Source: Camelus dromedarius
Taxonomy: Eukaryota
Direction: 5' to 3'
NCBI RefSeq assembly: GCF_036321535.1
Contig: NC_087472.1
Coordinates: forward strand, 102,798,001-102,862,000
DNA: 64,000 nt
Below are positions 1 to 13,180 of this stretch, in pieces. The notes beneath the pieces are model-generated. The model ran no database searches, was not told the DNA's origin, and saw only the letters and a list, made by a program, of their open reading frames with translations. Position 1 is the first letter of the stretch. Each line of letters starts with the position of its first letter. Position numbers and translations under genes: made by a program.

Positions 1-3000
1 GATTGCAAGTGGGTGTGCAGAGAGAGCTGGGGCACCGCTGCCAGCATGAGGCCTAGAGTGCACCAGTGTCCACACTAGGAGACTCATGCCATGTAGGCCT
101 CCAGGCCTGGGCCAGGCCATGCGATCACTGAGCGATGGTGCACTCTGCGTGCATAGCTGGGACAAAGCACTGACAGCTGTTCCTACACACGTGCACCATG
201 CAACAGAAGGAAGAAAAAGTAAAACAGCATATTGGATCCGGGAAAAGAAGCCCCCTTCTGCCTGAAATGTTCCTCCGCTGACAAAGCTTACTGTAAAGGA
301 CATGTTCACTATAAAGGATAAATGATGAAAGAGTCCAGTCTACTACTGCAGAGCAGGCACTGGAGGGTGAGTTGGAGTTGAGAGCAATCAATTGGTAACT
401 GGCTCTTCTGAGCTGCCACCTCCATGAGAAGAGCACGGCCCAGAGAGTCATTCCTGCTTCAGACTGAGTCCTACAATGCGGAGCAGACAGGAGCCATGTG
501 GAGTTTGGTCTACTCGAGCTGTGATCGTTGAAATGACAGCCAACTTCGAAACCCACAAGTATAAAATAAATGTTCATTGTGGCAAACTTTTGAGGTTTTT
601 GAACCTATTTGTATATATAGATATAAAAACTAATTAATAATTCTGTTTTCCTCCATGTCCTCTGTGCCTGTGCCTAGGAGCTTAATATATACATTTAAAT
701 GGATTGTTATTCAAACTTTGGGGCCATTTTCTGATTGCACTGAAGGTTCAGCCCAGGTGTTGTCTAACAGGCTACAGACTGAGTCACCATTTCAGGTACA
801 GAACAGAACAGGAACAACAGGAACAACATCATGAAAAATCTTACTGGATTTCAAATCTAATTTTAAAAGAAAAAAACCTTAAACCCAGGAATTGCTTTTT
901 TTAGCTGTTAGAATCCACGTAGCTCCTTCAGTGTGAAGCCTTTATACGATGTACCTAGGCCACTGGGTCTGGTTTCATCATCTAAATTGGTACTTTTCTG
1001 ATGTGGCTTTGAGGGAAGAAGGTGAAAACTAATCAGAAGAAGATTGCCTTGTGTGTGAGCTGGCTATTATTCAAAGGGTGAATCTATGGGTGGAAAGAGA
1101 AAAGAGATAATCAAAACATAGCCTCTACTTGTAGGGCTGCAACTATCATAAGTTAATTTTATGTTCCAATCCTTTTCTCCTGTTTGGGGTCAGTGCACAT
1201 ATCACACCCTCATATATAACTGACTAATGGTGAAGAACTCTGTCCTTTCTTGCATTAATTATTATGTTCATGTTACTTTCATTACAGCACAAAGAGCCAT
1301 CAGCAGGCATTCACACATTTTTTTGGTCAATTGAAATTATTTTATAGATGTTCTTTTATATTTATTATTTTAGAGATACTCTCTAAGTATCTTTACTCTA
1401 AAGATATGCATCTCTTTCAAGGGTACCTGGTGGAAATTTCAGCATGGTATCTCAAACATGATGGTTGGCTTCACCACAACTGCTGGCCATCGCTATCAGA
1501 GGACTAAAGAGTTCAGCCTGGCTTCTCATGATGTCCAGTCGAAGAGCTGCCCCCTAGCTTGTGACTGGAGCTATGTGTAAAGAGCTTATTATCACTCTTA
1601 TGTCAACATGCCCTGAAACCTCTATCTGCTATCACTTTAGACTTTGTGCTGCTGCTGCTGCTAATTCTTGTTCCAAGTGATCACCACTCTGCCATACAGG
1701 GGTTTTAAGTTAGTCTTTTATAGCGGGTTTTTTTTTTTTTTTAAGCACACTGTTAACCCTCCCTTTGACTAGTGGTATAGCCATTTATTTTTCTTCCAAG
1801 GATGTTCATTAAAAATGCTTTCACAATAAAATGATGCATTATGTTTCTATTATTTTAGGTCCATAATCTCTCTATCTTTTAGACTTTTAAAGTTTCCCCT
1901 TTTTCTACTCTAATATTCATCTTAAGAATCTAAAGCTCCAAGCTTCTCTTTTCTGAGCTGGAATAACTTTTGAGATGCATTTCTGAACAAAGTTTACCAA
2001 AGAACAGAAATGATAAGGTCGCTTATAAATGAAAACTACAGACAGAATGTAGACCTAGAGAGAATTCTGGACAAATTTTCTCCAGCTTTCTCCTTTTGCA
2101 GTTGACGTTTAGAGAGGTGAAGTGATTAGGTTACATCACTAAATGGTGGCTGATTTGGGACCAGGACTCTGTAACCCTTCTTCTCACTCAGTTCTCTTTC
2201 CACCATGTCATGCCACAGAATCAGAAAATCAGAGAGCAGGAAAGAGTGTTAGAGACCACTCTACCCAATCATATTATTTTCAAGTCAAGAAACCAATGCC
2301 AGGGAAATTTGGACATCTGGCCTGACAGTGATAGTCTTGGCCTCCCTATGAACACCCCAGAAGGGTCTGCTTGCTCCTTTGCATCTCAATGTGAAACATA
2401 TTTCAGCAAACCTTCAGTCCAAGGGACTGACCCTGGTGAGACTACTCACTGAGGAAATCTGTAGCTCATACCCTCATGCCTGTTAGGCAGCTGAGCCATC
2501 CTCATGAGTAGGCAGAAGGACGGAGTGTGATAGAAAATCTCTCCCAACAAAGACATCATCCCACACATATCCTTTTTGGGGAAGGAATGCTTCTGGGTAC
2601 TGAAGGCTTCATTCTCACTTTTGGAATTCCCTATTAAGATGCACATACTCCTAAAGAATCATTTTGAGTCATCTCAGATGTTATTAAGTAATATTTCAAG
2701 GGTTTTCTCTGTGAAAAGGGCTCCCTTGATGTGCTTTTATAATAAAGGAAGGGAACCAGGAGAAAAGTTCTGAAATGAGATGTTTCTCTGCAAATCAATC
2801 TCCTTAAACTACACTTGGGACTGAGTTGGAATTAAATCCTTGCTGCCTTACAGAGACAGCAGTTCTTAGCAAACACAACCACATTGCATAGTTTTATCTA
2901 AATGATGCAAAATGTGGATAGAATCCCTAGATTTTTCTCTTCAGTCTCATTTTGCAGTTGCTAAAGATCCCATATAGAGGGAAGGGCAAATATTGGAGCT

Positions 3001-3063
3001 GAAGCTTAAGTGAAATAATCTAAACACATTCTTGATTTTATTTGTGATCAGTTTTTCATAATT

Positions 3064-4033
3064 GAAAGTTTCATCAAGTCTAAGATAGACTTCCACCTCC
3101 CCATTTTAACACTTCTGAAATTGAGGCGTTGGTGGTGTCTTACAATCATTGGCAGCCAGGTAGGTGGTCATTGTCATGTAGTTATTTATGGCACCATTTG
3201 TGTTTACGTTATTATTTCAGTTGACTTATATTCACTGTTATTATCACATGAGTTAAATTTAACTGGCATTTAAAATATTGTCCATGGATTATTCTGTGAT
3301 TTGGTATTAAGACATTAAGACATTGTGAGTGCAGAGTGGCAGAGAAGCATCAGGGTTTCAGTTTGATAACAGGGAAACAAACGGCTGTCACTGAAAGAAT
3401 GATGACAATTTCATATTTTCGTTCAATGCAATGACCAAGTGCTTTATGGCATCTAGGAAAGGAAGATAATCACAGGTAGATAAAACTCTTAAATGTTTTG
3501 TTACTCACATTTATGCAGAAAGCTTTACCTATATCCCACCAAGCAAGACTGTACCAACATCAGCATTTGCAGAATTTTCTTCCAAGCTGGCAGCTTTAAA
3601 GAAAATCCCGAAGATAATAGTGAAGTATCATCTTAAGAAATGCTGTATTACTAGCGCTCTCAATGGCACAGAAGACAAGATCATATGTAGTCTATGGTAT
3701 AACATAGATACAAAACCGAAACATGGACATGGAAATTCTGTGTTGAAAATTAATTCAAAAGAGTTCAACAATGAATTTGAAAAATCCCTAGGAATTGAAT
3801 CAGTTTATTTCATTCATATTTCCCTTTGATGTATGCATAAGAGCAAAGTATTCTTAAAATCTATGTTTAAAATCTAAGTCTAAGAAGTTCTTTCAAAAAC
3901 TATACAATAAAATGTCAAAGTAATTAGGAAGCACTATGTCATAATTTAACTTGAACCATTTTTTCTTTTTTAATGTTAAATAAATAATGGTTCAACTTAT
4001 AATTGATGACATCTTAGATTCAGTGGCAAAGCC
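3064..4033 (+). mobile_element. Ancient Tc1/mariner (pogo/Tc2, Kanga-like) DNA transposon, internally deleted
   Basis: Degenerate terminal inverted repeats TTTCATCAAGTCTAAGAT (~3069-3086) and ATCTTAGATTCAGTGG (4011-4026). Relic peptide KKCCITSALNGTEDKII in ORF 3620-3829 resembles the C-terminal motif of pogo-type transposases. Confidence 0.7.
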
Positions 4034-4743
4034 TGGAAAAATCCAGGTCCTCTGTCAAATACTTTGCACTGTGTCCATTTATAGAATGCACCCAGTGAGT
4101 AGAAGAGAATTGATGAAGAAGAAAGGAGGGACAATAACTGTTACAAAAGGTGTCTGGAGTGATTCTTAGGTCATAGCAACATCTATCAGGGAAGGAAGCT
4201 GTCCCTTGAGCTGATTTTCAAGTTACTTTGACATTTATAACTCAAGACTGATCACTTTTTACCTGGTGTCTGAACTTCTGCTGCAAAATTATCAAAGGCA
4301 TGAACTTGAATTATCTTGATTTGCTGGATGGGATAATTACCTATGATGATTTCTTAATCATACCTCTGAAGACTCTACAAGAGGCCAAATATAGTTATGG
4401 AGTTAACCTTTTAATTAGCTTGGTTATTAGCTGCTATTAAGTAGCAGGTAATCAGATAAAGTGTGGAGAGCAAGGTCAAATTCACCTTCTCAGGCATCAC
4501 AACGCAGATGTGGCCCCCTCTCCCATGGATGACTGTCACGGGCTGAAGATTCAGGTCCTCTTGCATTACATCCTAGAAATACTGATGAGCACCTGTGTGA
4601 TCATAAGTGGGGAGGATAATATGCAGAGTTATGGCACATAAATGACTGATCAGTTAAGATTTTTCACCATAATGGCCTTTCTCTAGATATACCACCATTC
4701 AGACAGTTTCTTCCTTTTTTTCCAGAATAATGACTTAAAAGAA

Positions 4744-5248
4744 TTTTTTTTAAATTGAAGTGTAATTGATTTACAATGTTAGTTTCAGCAAAGTGATTCA
4801 GTTATACATATACATACACATACATATTTTCTTTTCAGATTCTTTTCCATTATATATTATTACAAGAATATATAGTTGAATATAGTTCCCTGTGCTATAT
4901 GGTAGGTCCTTGTTGTATACCTATTTTATTTTATTTTATTTTATTTTTTCACTGTGATCAATCAAATGTGAGTTTATTTTTTAAATTTTTTAATTTTAAT
5001 TTTTTATTTTTATGCGTATCTATTTTATATATGGTAATGTGTATCTGTTAATCCCCAACCCCTAATATATCCCTCTCTACCTTTTCCCCTTTGGTAACCA
5101 TAGTTTGTTTTCTATGTCCATGAGTCTGTTTTTGGTTTGTAAATAGAATTTGATTCATTTTTTTTAGATTCCACATACAAGTGATATCATATGATATTTG
5201 TCTTTCTCTGTCTGACTTACTTAACTCAATATGATAATCTCTAGGTCC
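4744..5248 (-). mobile_element. L1 3' end (cetartiodactyl-type), 5'-truncated
   Basis: TTTTTTTTAAATTGAAGTGTAATTGATTTACAATGTT...TTTAGATTCCACATACAAGTGATATCATATGATATTTGTCTTTCTCTGTCTGACTTAC...CTCTAGGTCCA is a typical antisense L1 3'UTR. Confidence 0.85.
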
Positions 5249-6141
5249 AAAACATCGATAAATGAAAACTCCATTAAATGTAAATTTTCAGCATTACAAT
5301 TTGAGACAAAAATGCACCCATTAACTTTACTGGTTACTATAGTGTTCATAGTGAGAAAATGTCACTGAGCACAGATAAGAATCAATCTTGATTTTACAAT
5401 ATATACAAATTGCTTATTTTTACTTTAAAATTGTTGTTTGTTACTTATATAAAATTGTTTTTGTTATTCAATTGATATATATATATTTCCATCTGTGAAA
5501 TTGTATTTGTGTATCTCGAACTGGGATGGAAGGCATCATAATTCTCGTTAAAATGAACAGAATTAAAGATTTTGAAATTTTAATGGCTTTTCACTTGGCA
5601 GCAGGGATTTTCAGGGAATTAATTAAGTAAGGACTAGATATACTCAAGAGTCCTGGATTTAGAGAAGAAATAACCTTGCTAATGAGTATGTGATCCAAAG
5701 ATGTTTCCAGCTTCTTACAAATTTTGAAGTCTCTTGAGATTACATCAAGACAATCATAAAAAACACCAGCCAGCCAGGCATGGTCCTGGCTTGAAGCCCA
5801 CATGTCCAATACCAAAAGGCTCAAGTGTGGAAGGAAGGGTGAGCCAAGTTCACTGGGGTGCTGTTCTACGCCATGTTTTCTCTTTCGCCACATTTTACAC
5901 CTAACTCAGTGGTTTATCTTCTCATTTTTGTATCCCCTCTACCTAGCTTAGGGTCTGACACAGAGTCCACACAAAATAAGGGTTCACAGATTATTTTTTT
6001 AAGGTCAAATTTTCCTTAAGTTTTAAATTGTACTTTTTATGCGTAGAGCAGTAACTCCCAAATTTTCTGGAGAATAAAACGCTGCCTGAATTTGACATCA
6101 GAATTTTAAATCTTCACCTTTAAAAAAATTCATGTTCATAT

Positions 6142-6707
6142 TGAAGGGGGTTAGAATATGACACCCTCAGATATGCCTCTTTGGTTTAAGGATTATCTTG
6201 AGCTGGTTGGGTTTTTAAGAAACTGCAGACACAAGAGAAGCTCTGAAAACCAAGTAAAAGTTACCCTTTTGCAAGAGACATTTACATCTCTCAGGGAAAT
6301 CTCCATTTGTAAGGATATCTCCCTCTCTGTACCCAGAAGAGGAGGATGTCTAAATCTCTAGAAACTCTTGGCAGTGGAGAAGGCACAGACTTAAATCTGC
6401 ATAACAACCATGACCTTGTTTACTGTGCTTTTCCTGGGTCACCTCCCATAACTGCCCCACCCCCAACTCCCACCTCGAACATCTTTCTTTTGTCTTTGGC
6501 TGACGAAGGAAAGGTATTGAAGGTGGTAGTGGCTTAGGCCATTTCAGAGAGTTACTCAGTTTTCCTGGGTCTTTCCCATATACACAGGAGGTATATACGT
6601 CATTAAACTTCTGTTTGTTTTTCTTCTGTTAATCTGTCTTTTTATTACAGAGGGTCTCAGGCAAGAACCTAGAAGGGTAGAGGGAAAATTATTTTTCCTC
6701 CCCTACA
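6142..6707 (+). mobile_element. ERV1 solo LTR (MER34-like)
   Basis: TG...CA termini; begins TGAAGGGGGTTAGAATATGACACCCTCAGATATGCC; ATTAAA near 6602; TSD ATAT/AGAT. Confidence 0.8.
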
Positions 6708-8199
6708 AGATAAACAAAGGGGAATTAAATTAGCTCTATTTGGTTATTTTTGCTTTCCTCCTGTCCTATGCCCCCTAACTGGATTTAACTGGGATCCTAC
6801 AAAGTCAAGATTGAAAACTTCCAGAATAGAAGTATCCAAGGAAAAGTTATCAATGACACAGGTTAAATCAAAACAGAAGGAAAATTAATATTAAAGACTC
6901 ATGAACATGCCTCTGAGGACAAACCTACATATTAGATCAGCAAATATCACATTAACTTGTTAGAATATTTAGAAGTTTGCTACCAAAAAAAGATCATTCT
7001 TCACAAAGCAAAAGGAGACAGATAACACAAAAGCACATGCATTTACAGTCGTTAAGAGTTTCTAGTGTTATTAAGTGAAAGTTGACAAAGGAAGTTTTAA
7101 GTAGACTGAGGGGAGTGTGTAGTTCTGGGATAACATTTTAGAATTTTTACATACCTAAAGTCAAAACCAACTTTAATTTTGCTTAAAGATCTATTTATTC
7201 TATAAAATCTGGACCTGCCTATATTAATGATACCATAAAAGAGTAACACTGACGTATTTGAAATAAGAGATCCCAAGAGCTAAGAGCTATTTTTTCTTGA
7301 AAAGTTTATTACGTGAAATTTTTAAACACTTGGATGTCAGTTGCTTATTCCTTGGCCCCCAGAACTCTAGTACAGTGATTCTTAACTGGGGGTGGTTTTA
7401 CTGTCAGGGGTCACTTGGCAATGTGTGAAGACATTTTTTGGTCACCTCAGCTGTGAGATTGAGGAGAGGGTTGCTACTAGGACCCAATCAGGAGAGTCAG
7501 GGGAATTTATCTCATTCATTGTTTGATCTCCTGGGTCTTGAATATCGCCTGATACATAATAGATGCATAATAAGTATTTGTTGAATAAGTAGGGGAATAA
7601 CTGAATGAATAAATGGATGAATAAAGAATGACACAGTTATTCTCCCTGAACAATTTTCATTCACTTAATTTATACTGTGGTGTTGTTAGCTGTCAGTCTT
7701 TTCAAGTGGAATTCAAATCTTAACTTTTCCATAACTCTCTGCACTGCACAGGAAAGATGTGCTTATTCCCCATATACACACATGCGCATGTTTGCCCACA
7801 TTGACAAAGAACATCGATAATTCATTCTATTGGAGGGAAAAATCAATCAGGAGTGTTTGTTTTCACTGTGAACATCACCGGGAACAAGATTGTTGCTGTG
7901 CATTTACTGATGAAATGTTTAAGGGGCAGCTGTACATAATGTGAGTCTGTGCCTCCAGAAATCTGCAGTCACTTTAGAAACAGCAACTCTATTTTGTTTC
8001 TGTTTGTTTTAATCTCACATCTGAGCTTTACCTGCTCCACTGTCATTTTAATATTGTTTCCTTGCCAAGGTCAGCCGTGAAATCACTTGGTGTTGGGATC
8101 AAAGATTAATCACAAACATAGCTTCCATTCGGGCAGAGGAAAGCATGGCTACTGTTGACTCTACAGGCATCAGCAAAAAGCACTGATCTGGGCATTGGG

Positions 8200-8765
8200 G
8201 GTGCATTAACTACCTAAGAAATTACCCCGAAACTAAGCAGCTTAATAAAACAAATATTTGTTACCTCATAATTTCTGTGAGTCAGGAATATGGGCATGGC
8301 TTAGCTGGGTCTTCTGGCTCAGAATCTCTCATGGAGTCAAAAACAAAGTACTGGCTGAGACTGAAGTCATCTCAAGGCTTGATGTCGTCTAAATTCACTC
8401 ACAGTTGTTGGCAGCATTTAGTTCTTCATGGGCTGTTGGACTGAGGGCCTCAGTTCCTTTCTAGCTGTTGGCCAGAGGCCACCCTCATTTCCTTGCCACG
8501 TGGGCCTCTCCAGAGTGTGGCTCACAACATGGCAACTGGCTTCATCAAAGTGAGGAAGCAAGAAAAGCCAGAGAGAGAGTAAAAGCAAGATGGAAGTCAC
8601 AGTTCTTTATAAACTAATCACTGAAGTGACACTGTATCACTTTCACCGTACTCTACTCATTGGGAACAAGTCACTAAGTCTAGCTCACACTCAACAAGGG
8701 AATCACACAAGGGCATGATACCAGGAAGTGAAGATCATTGGGAGCCATTTTAGAAGCTGCCATCA
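8200..8765 (-). mobile_element. MaLR LTR (MLT1-like)
   Basis: AAATTACCCCGAAACTAAGCAGCTTAA...TTCTGTGAGTCAGGAAT...GGGAGCCATTTTAGAAGCTGCC matches MLT1 antisense motifs. Confidence 0.75.
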
Positions 8766-8789
8766 AAGGGGACTTAGATTTTAGTCACA

Positions 8790-9347
8790 TGATTGAAAGA
8801 GTAAGAAACTAACAAAATGGTTTCCCTGATGCTAAAGCTATTTGCTGATTCATTCTGACTTAAAGTTCTTGTAACTTGTTTTTCTCTTTTCTCTAACAAA
8901 CTCCCATCTCTGCTTCACTTGCCCAACTGCTTTTGTGCTAAAAAGCCCCCAACCTTTCCATTATACTCTCCACTTTCTATACATTCTTTACCCAAAATAG
9001 CTTATCCTTTAACCCAGAAGCTGTATTCCAAAAAGATAGTCATGGGCTGATAGCCTCAGAAGAATGAACAGAACCCTCTGTGATGCCAAGTGGATTCATC
9101 AAGATTAAGAAGAATACAGCACCCTGGAAAATGCCCTGATCGTGGTCACCTTTCTGTTCCATCTGGTTTTCTATAAAACCTCAGGACACCAACCCCAAGA
9201 TGGATTCACAGTCTCTAAGGCATTAGCCTGTTGTGTCTCCCCCTTGCCTGGCAAAGCAATAAAGCTCTTCTTTCCTAATTCTTTCAAAACTCTTCCTCCA
9301 ATTCTTAATTTGGCTATTGGGGTACAGAGGCCGGTTTTTCAGCAACA
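8790..9347 (+). mobile_element. ERV1-type solo LTR (5' boundary approximate)
   Basis: TATAAAA near 9172, GCAATAAAG near 9256, terminus GGTACAGAGGCCGGTTTTTCAGCAACA. Confidence 0.6.
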
Positions 9348-10959
9348 CAGTGGTAATTAGCACTGTGGCACTGGCTACAGCATTTTGCTACTTGGCCCTC
9401 AGTTTGCAAAATGAGAGGATTGGACTGAGCTGCCACTGGAGTTCACAAGACGTTAAGAAGTGAAAGTTTAGGTAACTTTGAGACTGTCAACTGAAGCATA
9501 TGTCTGTTTTGAACTTTAGTGTCACATTCCTGTTTGACAAAATATTCCTTTTAGGCAGCCAGATGGTTAACATGGTTCCCCCAACTTATAACCTTTACAC
9601 TGGGTAGCAGAAATGAGTTTTATTCAAATCTTTAAAAAGCCACTCACTGTTTGACATTGCATAACAGGTATCACTATACCCCAGCATCCCACAAGGCCCT
9701 CAAATGAAATTTTCTTCAAATATCTCTTGAAAACTCATCGTCAAGACAACAAAGGCTATGAATTAAAATAATGTAAAATCGACTGAAAGCAAACAATTTA
9801 AAATCAGATTTACTGATCTTATAGTAAGTGGTAATGGCCAGTCTGGGGAGCAGTCGCCAATTACTTGAAATGTGCCTTTTGGGACTGTGGCGGATGTTCT
9901 GGGGGGTACTGTCATACAGTGTTTTTTCTACAGAATCCTCCATCATTTTCTTTTGCCCCTCCCAAAAAAAGTTTAGCCCAGCTGTTTAAAGTAAGCAGCT
10001 GACAAAGTCTATTTTTGTCTCTTGCTCAGTGGTAGCCTTGTTTCTATCATTATATCAGCTGTAAGAGGGCTCACTTAGCATGTCCACAGCAGAGTCACCA
10101 GAATTGAGATCTCCTGTGCATGGCTGGCTATTCCATTTGGAAAGCCTAGGATATGGATGTGATTTCCACAGGAGACAATTTACTTTTGAATTTTTGCAGC
10201 CCAGCCCATCTTACCAATACTGTGCTCTCTAGTCAAGATATCCCAAGGGAAAAAGTGCTGCAAGTGAGCTGTCAGACGTCAAAGAAGAACATATTTCTCA
10301 AATGGAGGAAGATTTGTTCCTAGCTAATGAATATTTCATCATAAGACCGTACATGACTCTGCACAAAGACCTGGGCTTAGCCATTATGTGTAGAAACCGC
10401 TTTGCTTAGTATCACATTTACTCCAAAGGAAGGATTTACATGGTAAATTTGAGTGAACACTAATAAGAGCAAATAGCTACCTTAGTGACAAGAGAAAGAG
10501 AATTTAGATTTTAAAAAAGCTATTTCAAAATTTCATTATACATGTGGATTTTATCTTGCCTTTAATCTTTCCTCTATGGAAAAATGAAACTTATTCACAG
10601 TCTCCTGTTGATATTATGGTTGAGTTCTAAATATGAGTATTATTGTAATTTTTAAGTCATAATCCCTTGTTGGCATTTTAGTCCCTCCAAAGGGCTTTTT
10701 GCTACTCCAATAATATTTTGTTTCAGTCTCTTCTCCTTACTGCCCCATCCCCAAATCAATGTGAGTTTTTTTTGCATTTGTATTAAAATAAGGGAAAGTG
10801 TAGCCAATGATATCTAAGAAACTTGAGTAAAGTTTTGAAGATTCTTTTTATTCCTACTCAAACCTAAAACAGCAGAAACTATTTTTCAAACATGGATTAC
10901 AAAAGGAAAGCATATTGCCTCAGGCCAGACCATGGAAACAAAGGTAGACAGACAGGCAC

Positions 10960-10988
10960 CAGACACACACAGGCATACACACACACAC

Positions 10989-11021
<33 letters not shown>
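10960..11021. repeat. Compound (CA)n(TA)n microsatellite
   Basis: Directly visible in the sequence. Confidence 0.9.
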
Positions 11022-11524
11022 GTAAACCTGGATGATCATCAAATAATACCGTTGCAAACCATGCCTTCTAGCCAGGATGCTCGGGTAGGTTGCCATTTTC
11101 TTGCAGGTTTGGCATTTCAATATTGTGGTTACAGCTCATAAGCGTGGTTTATAATGTAATTTTTGCCAAATTTATAGTGGTGAAACCAAGACCAGAAAAA
11201 TATGAGTCAATTTGGGGCAGTATAATCCAATATTGGAAGGTTAATGGCATTTAAGAGCTTCTAATCCTTCCAAATGAGGTCACGGCATATCAGAGCTAAT
11301 AGGCCATCTTGAAAAGATTCCCAAGAATCAGATCTCTGGACAATGGTTTACAAACTAGACATCATCATTCAGGATATTTCTCCTGTCAGTTTAGGAAACA
11401 AATAAATATTATTTTGAGGGGAAATGATAACACAAGAATTCTGAGGGTTATATATTTTTAAGGGGCTAATTATTTACTACTTGTTTTTTAGTTCTCAAAT
11501 ATGTCTATTGTAATCTTTGCTGTT

Positions 11525-12530
11525 TTTAAAAAATACTTAAGTATAACATCCATTCAATAAAGTACACTAATCATAAGAGTGCAACTTGATGAATTTTTAT
11601 GACCCAGCTCAAGATATAGAACATTTCCAGCACTATGGAAAGTTCCCTTATATACCTTCCCAGTCAATACCTCTCACTAAAGATAACCAGTATTCTTACA
11701 GCTATCAGTAGTAATGAGCTTTGCCTATGCCTGAAATTCATATAAAGGAAGTTATATACTATGTACTTATTTTCAGTCTGATTTCTTTCACTCATCATTA
11801 AGTCTGTGAGTCAACCGTATCATCACATGCTGTTGTAGTTCCTTTTCTTCATTGTTGAGTAGGATTCTATTGTGTGAATATAACACAATTTATGTCTTTC
11901 TCCTATTGATAGGCATTTGAGTTATTCCCAGTCTTGACTTTTATGAATAAGGATTCTATGAACAAATGTGCACATGTCTTTGGAACACATATGCACTCAC
12001 TTTTCTGGGTTCTATACCTAGAAGTTGAATTGCTGGCTCATACAATAGATGTATGTTTAATTTAAGTAGTTACTCTCAGTGTTTCAAAATGATTGCCAAT
12101 TTACACTCCCATCAATAACGTACACGAAACTTCAATTGCTCCACATCTTTGCCACCACTTGGTATTATCAGTCTTATTAATTTGGGGCATTCTATTTAGT
12201 GTTTAGTAATATCTCATTGTGTTTTAAGTTTGCCTAAAGAATTGTGCATGATCTCATGTGCTAATAAACCACTTGAATATTCATTTTGTAAAATGCCTAT
12301 TCAAATCTTTTGCCCATTTCTAAACTTGGTCTTTTGTCTTTTTGTAGGAGTTCTTTATATGTTCTGGACATGAGTAATCTTTTGCATATCTAAAATTTCT
12401 TCCTATCTGTGGCTTGCCTTTTTATTATCTTAAAGGTATCTTTTTAAAATAAAAATTGGCAATTTTAATGAAATCCAGTGTATCAACTTTTTCTTTTATG
12501 GTTAGTGTCTTTTTGTACCATCTTAAAGAA
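11525..12530 (-). mobile_element. Old L1M fragment (ORF2 end and 3'UTR)
   Basis: Degenerate antisense L1 motifs, e.g. TATACCTAGAAGTTGAATTGCTGG, CAATTTACACTCCC, TTTGCCCATTT. Confidence 0.8.
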
Positions 12531-12659
12531 AAAAAATTGCACCTCTTCTAGTTTTACTCACAAAAGATACGAATTGAAAAGTATAAAAATATAGGAAAAA
12601 AATATATAAGAAATGAATCCAGCATTCCTATTTATGTGAACAATCAGAAAACTTTAAAG

Positions 12660-13180
12660 TGCTATGAAACCCACTGGAATGGCTAGGAGTTCAAAGAGTA
12701 ACAACATAACACGTTGGTGAGGATGTGGAGCAACTAGAAGTCTCAATGCTGCTGAGTGTGTAAAAGAGTACATTCATTTTGGAAATCTATTTGTCAGTTT
12801 CTTATAAAGTTAAATGTTCACCCACCCTATGCTCCTAAATTTCTACTTCTAGGTATTTACTTAAGAGAAACGAAAACCTATATCCATAAAAAAAAAAGCC
12901 TTGTACTAGAATGTTTATAACCACTCTATCTATAACAGCCTCCAACTAGAAGTAACTCAAATATCCATCAGTAGACTCGATAAGCAAATTTTGGTATATT
13001 CATATAGTAGAATACAGCTCAGCAAAAAAAATATTTACTACTGATACAAGCAACATGGATGAGTCTCACAAACATTATGATAAGTGAAAACAGACACAAA
13101 GAGCACATATTGCATTGCATCATTTCATTTATATAAAGTTGTAGAACTTGTAAATTAATATGGGGTAACAGAAATCAGAA
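12660..13180 (+). mobile_element. Old L1M fragment (3' region)
   Basis: GTTGGTGAGGATGTGGAGCAACTAGAA...CTTCTAGGTATTTAC...CAACATGGATGAGTCTCAC. Confidence 0.8.

Noticed and set aside
125..577. 150-aa minus-strand ORF
   Set aside because: Overlaps degenerate MaLR-like sequence; no domain or splice support.
11525..13180. Adjacent oppositely oriented L1 fragments suggesting a twin-priming inversion or hairpin
   Set aside because: Both pieces cover overlapping parts of L1 and are highly diverged from each other, which fits two independent old insertions.
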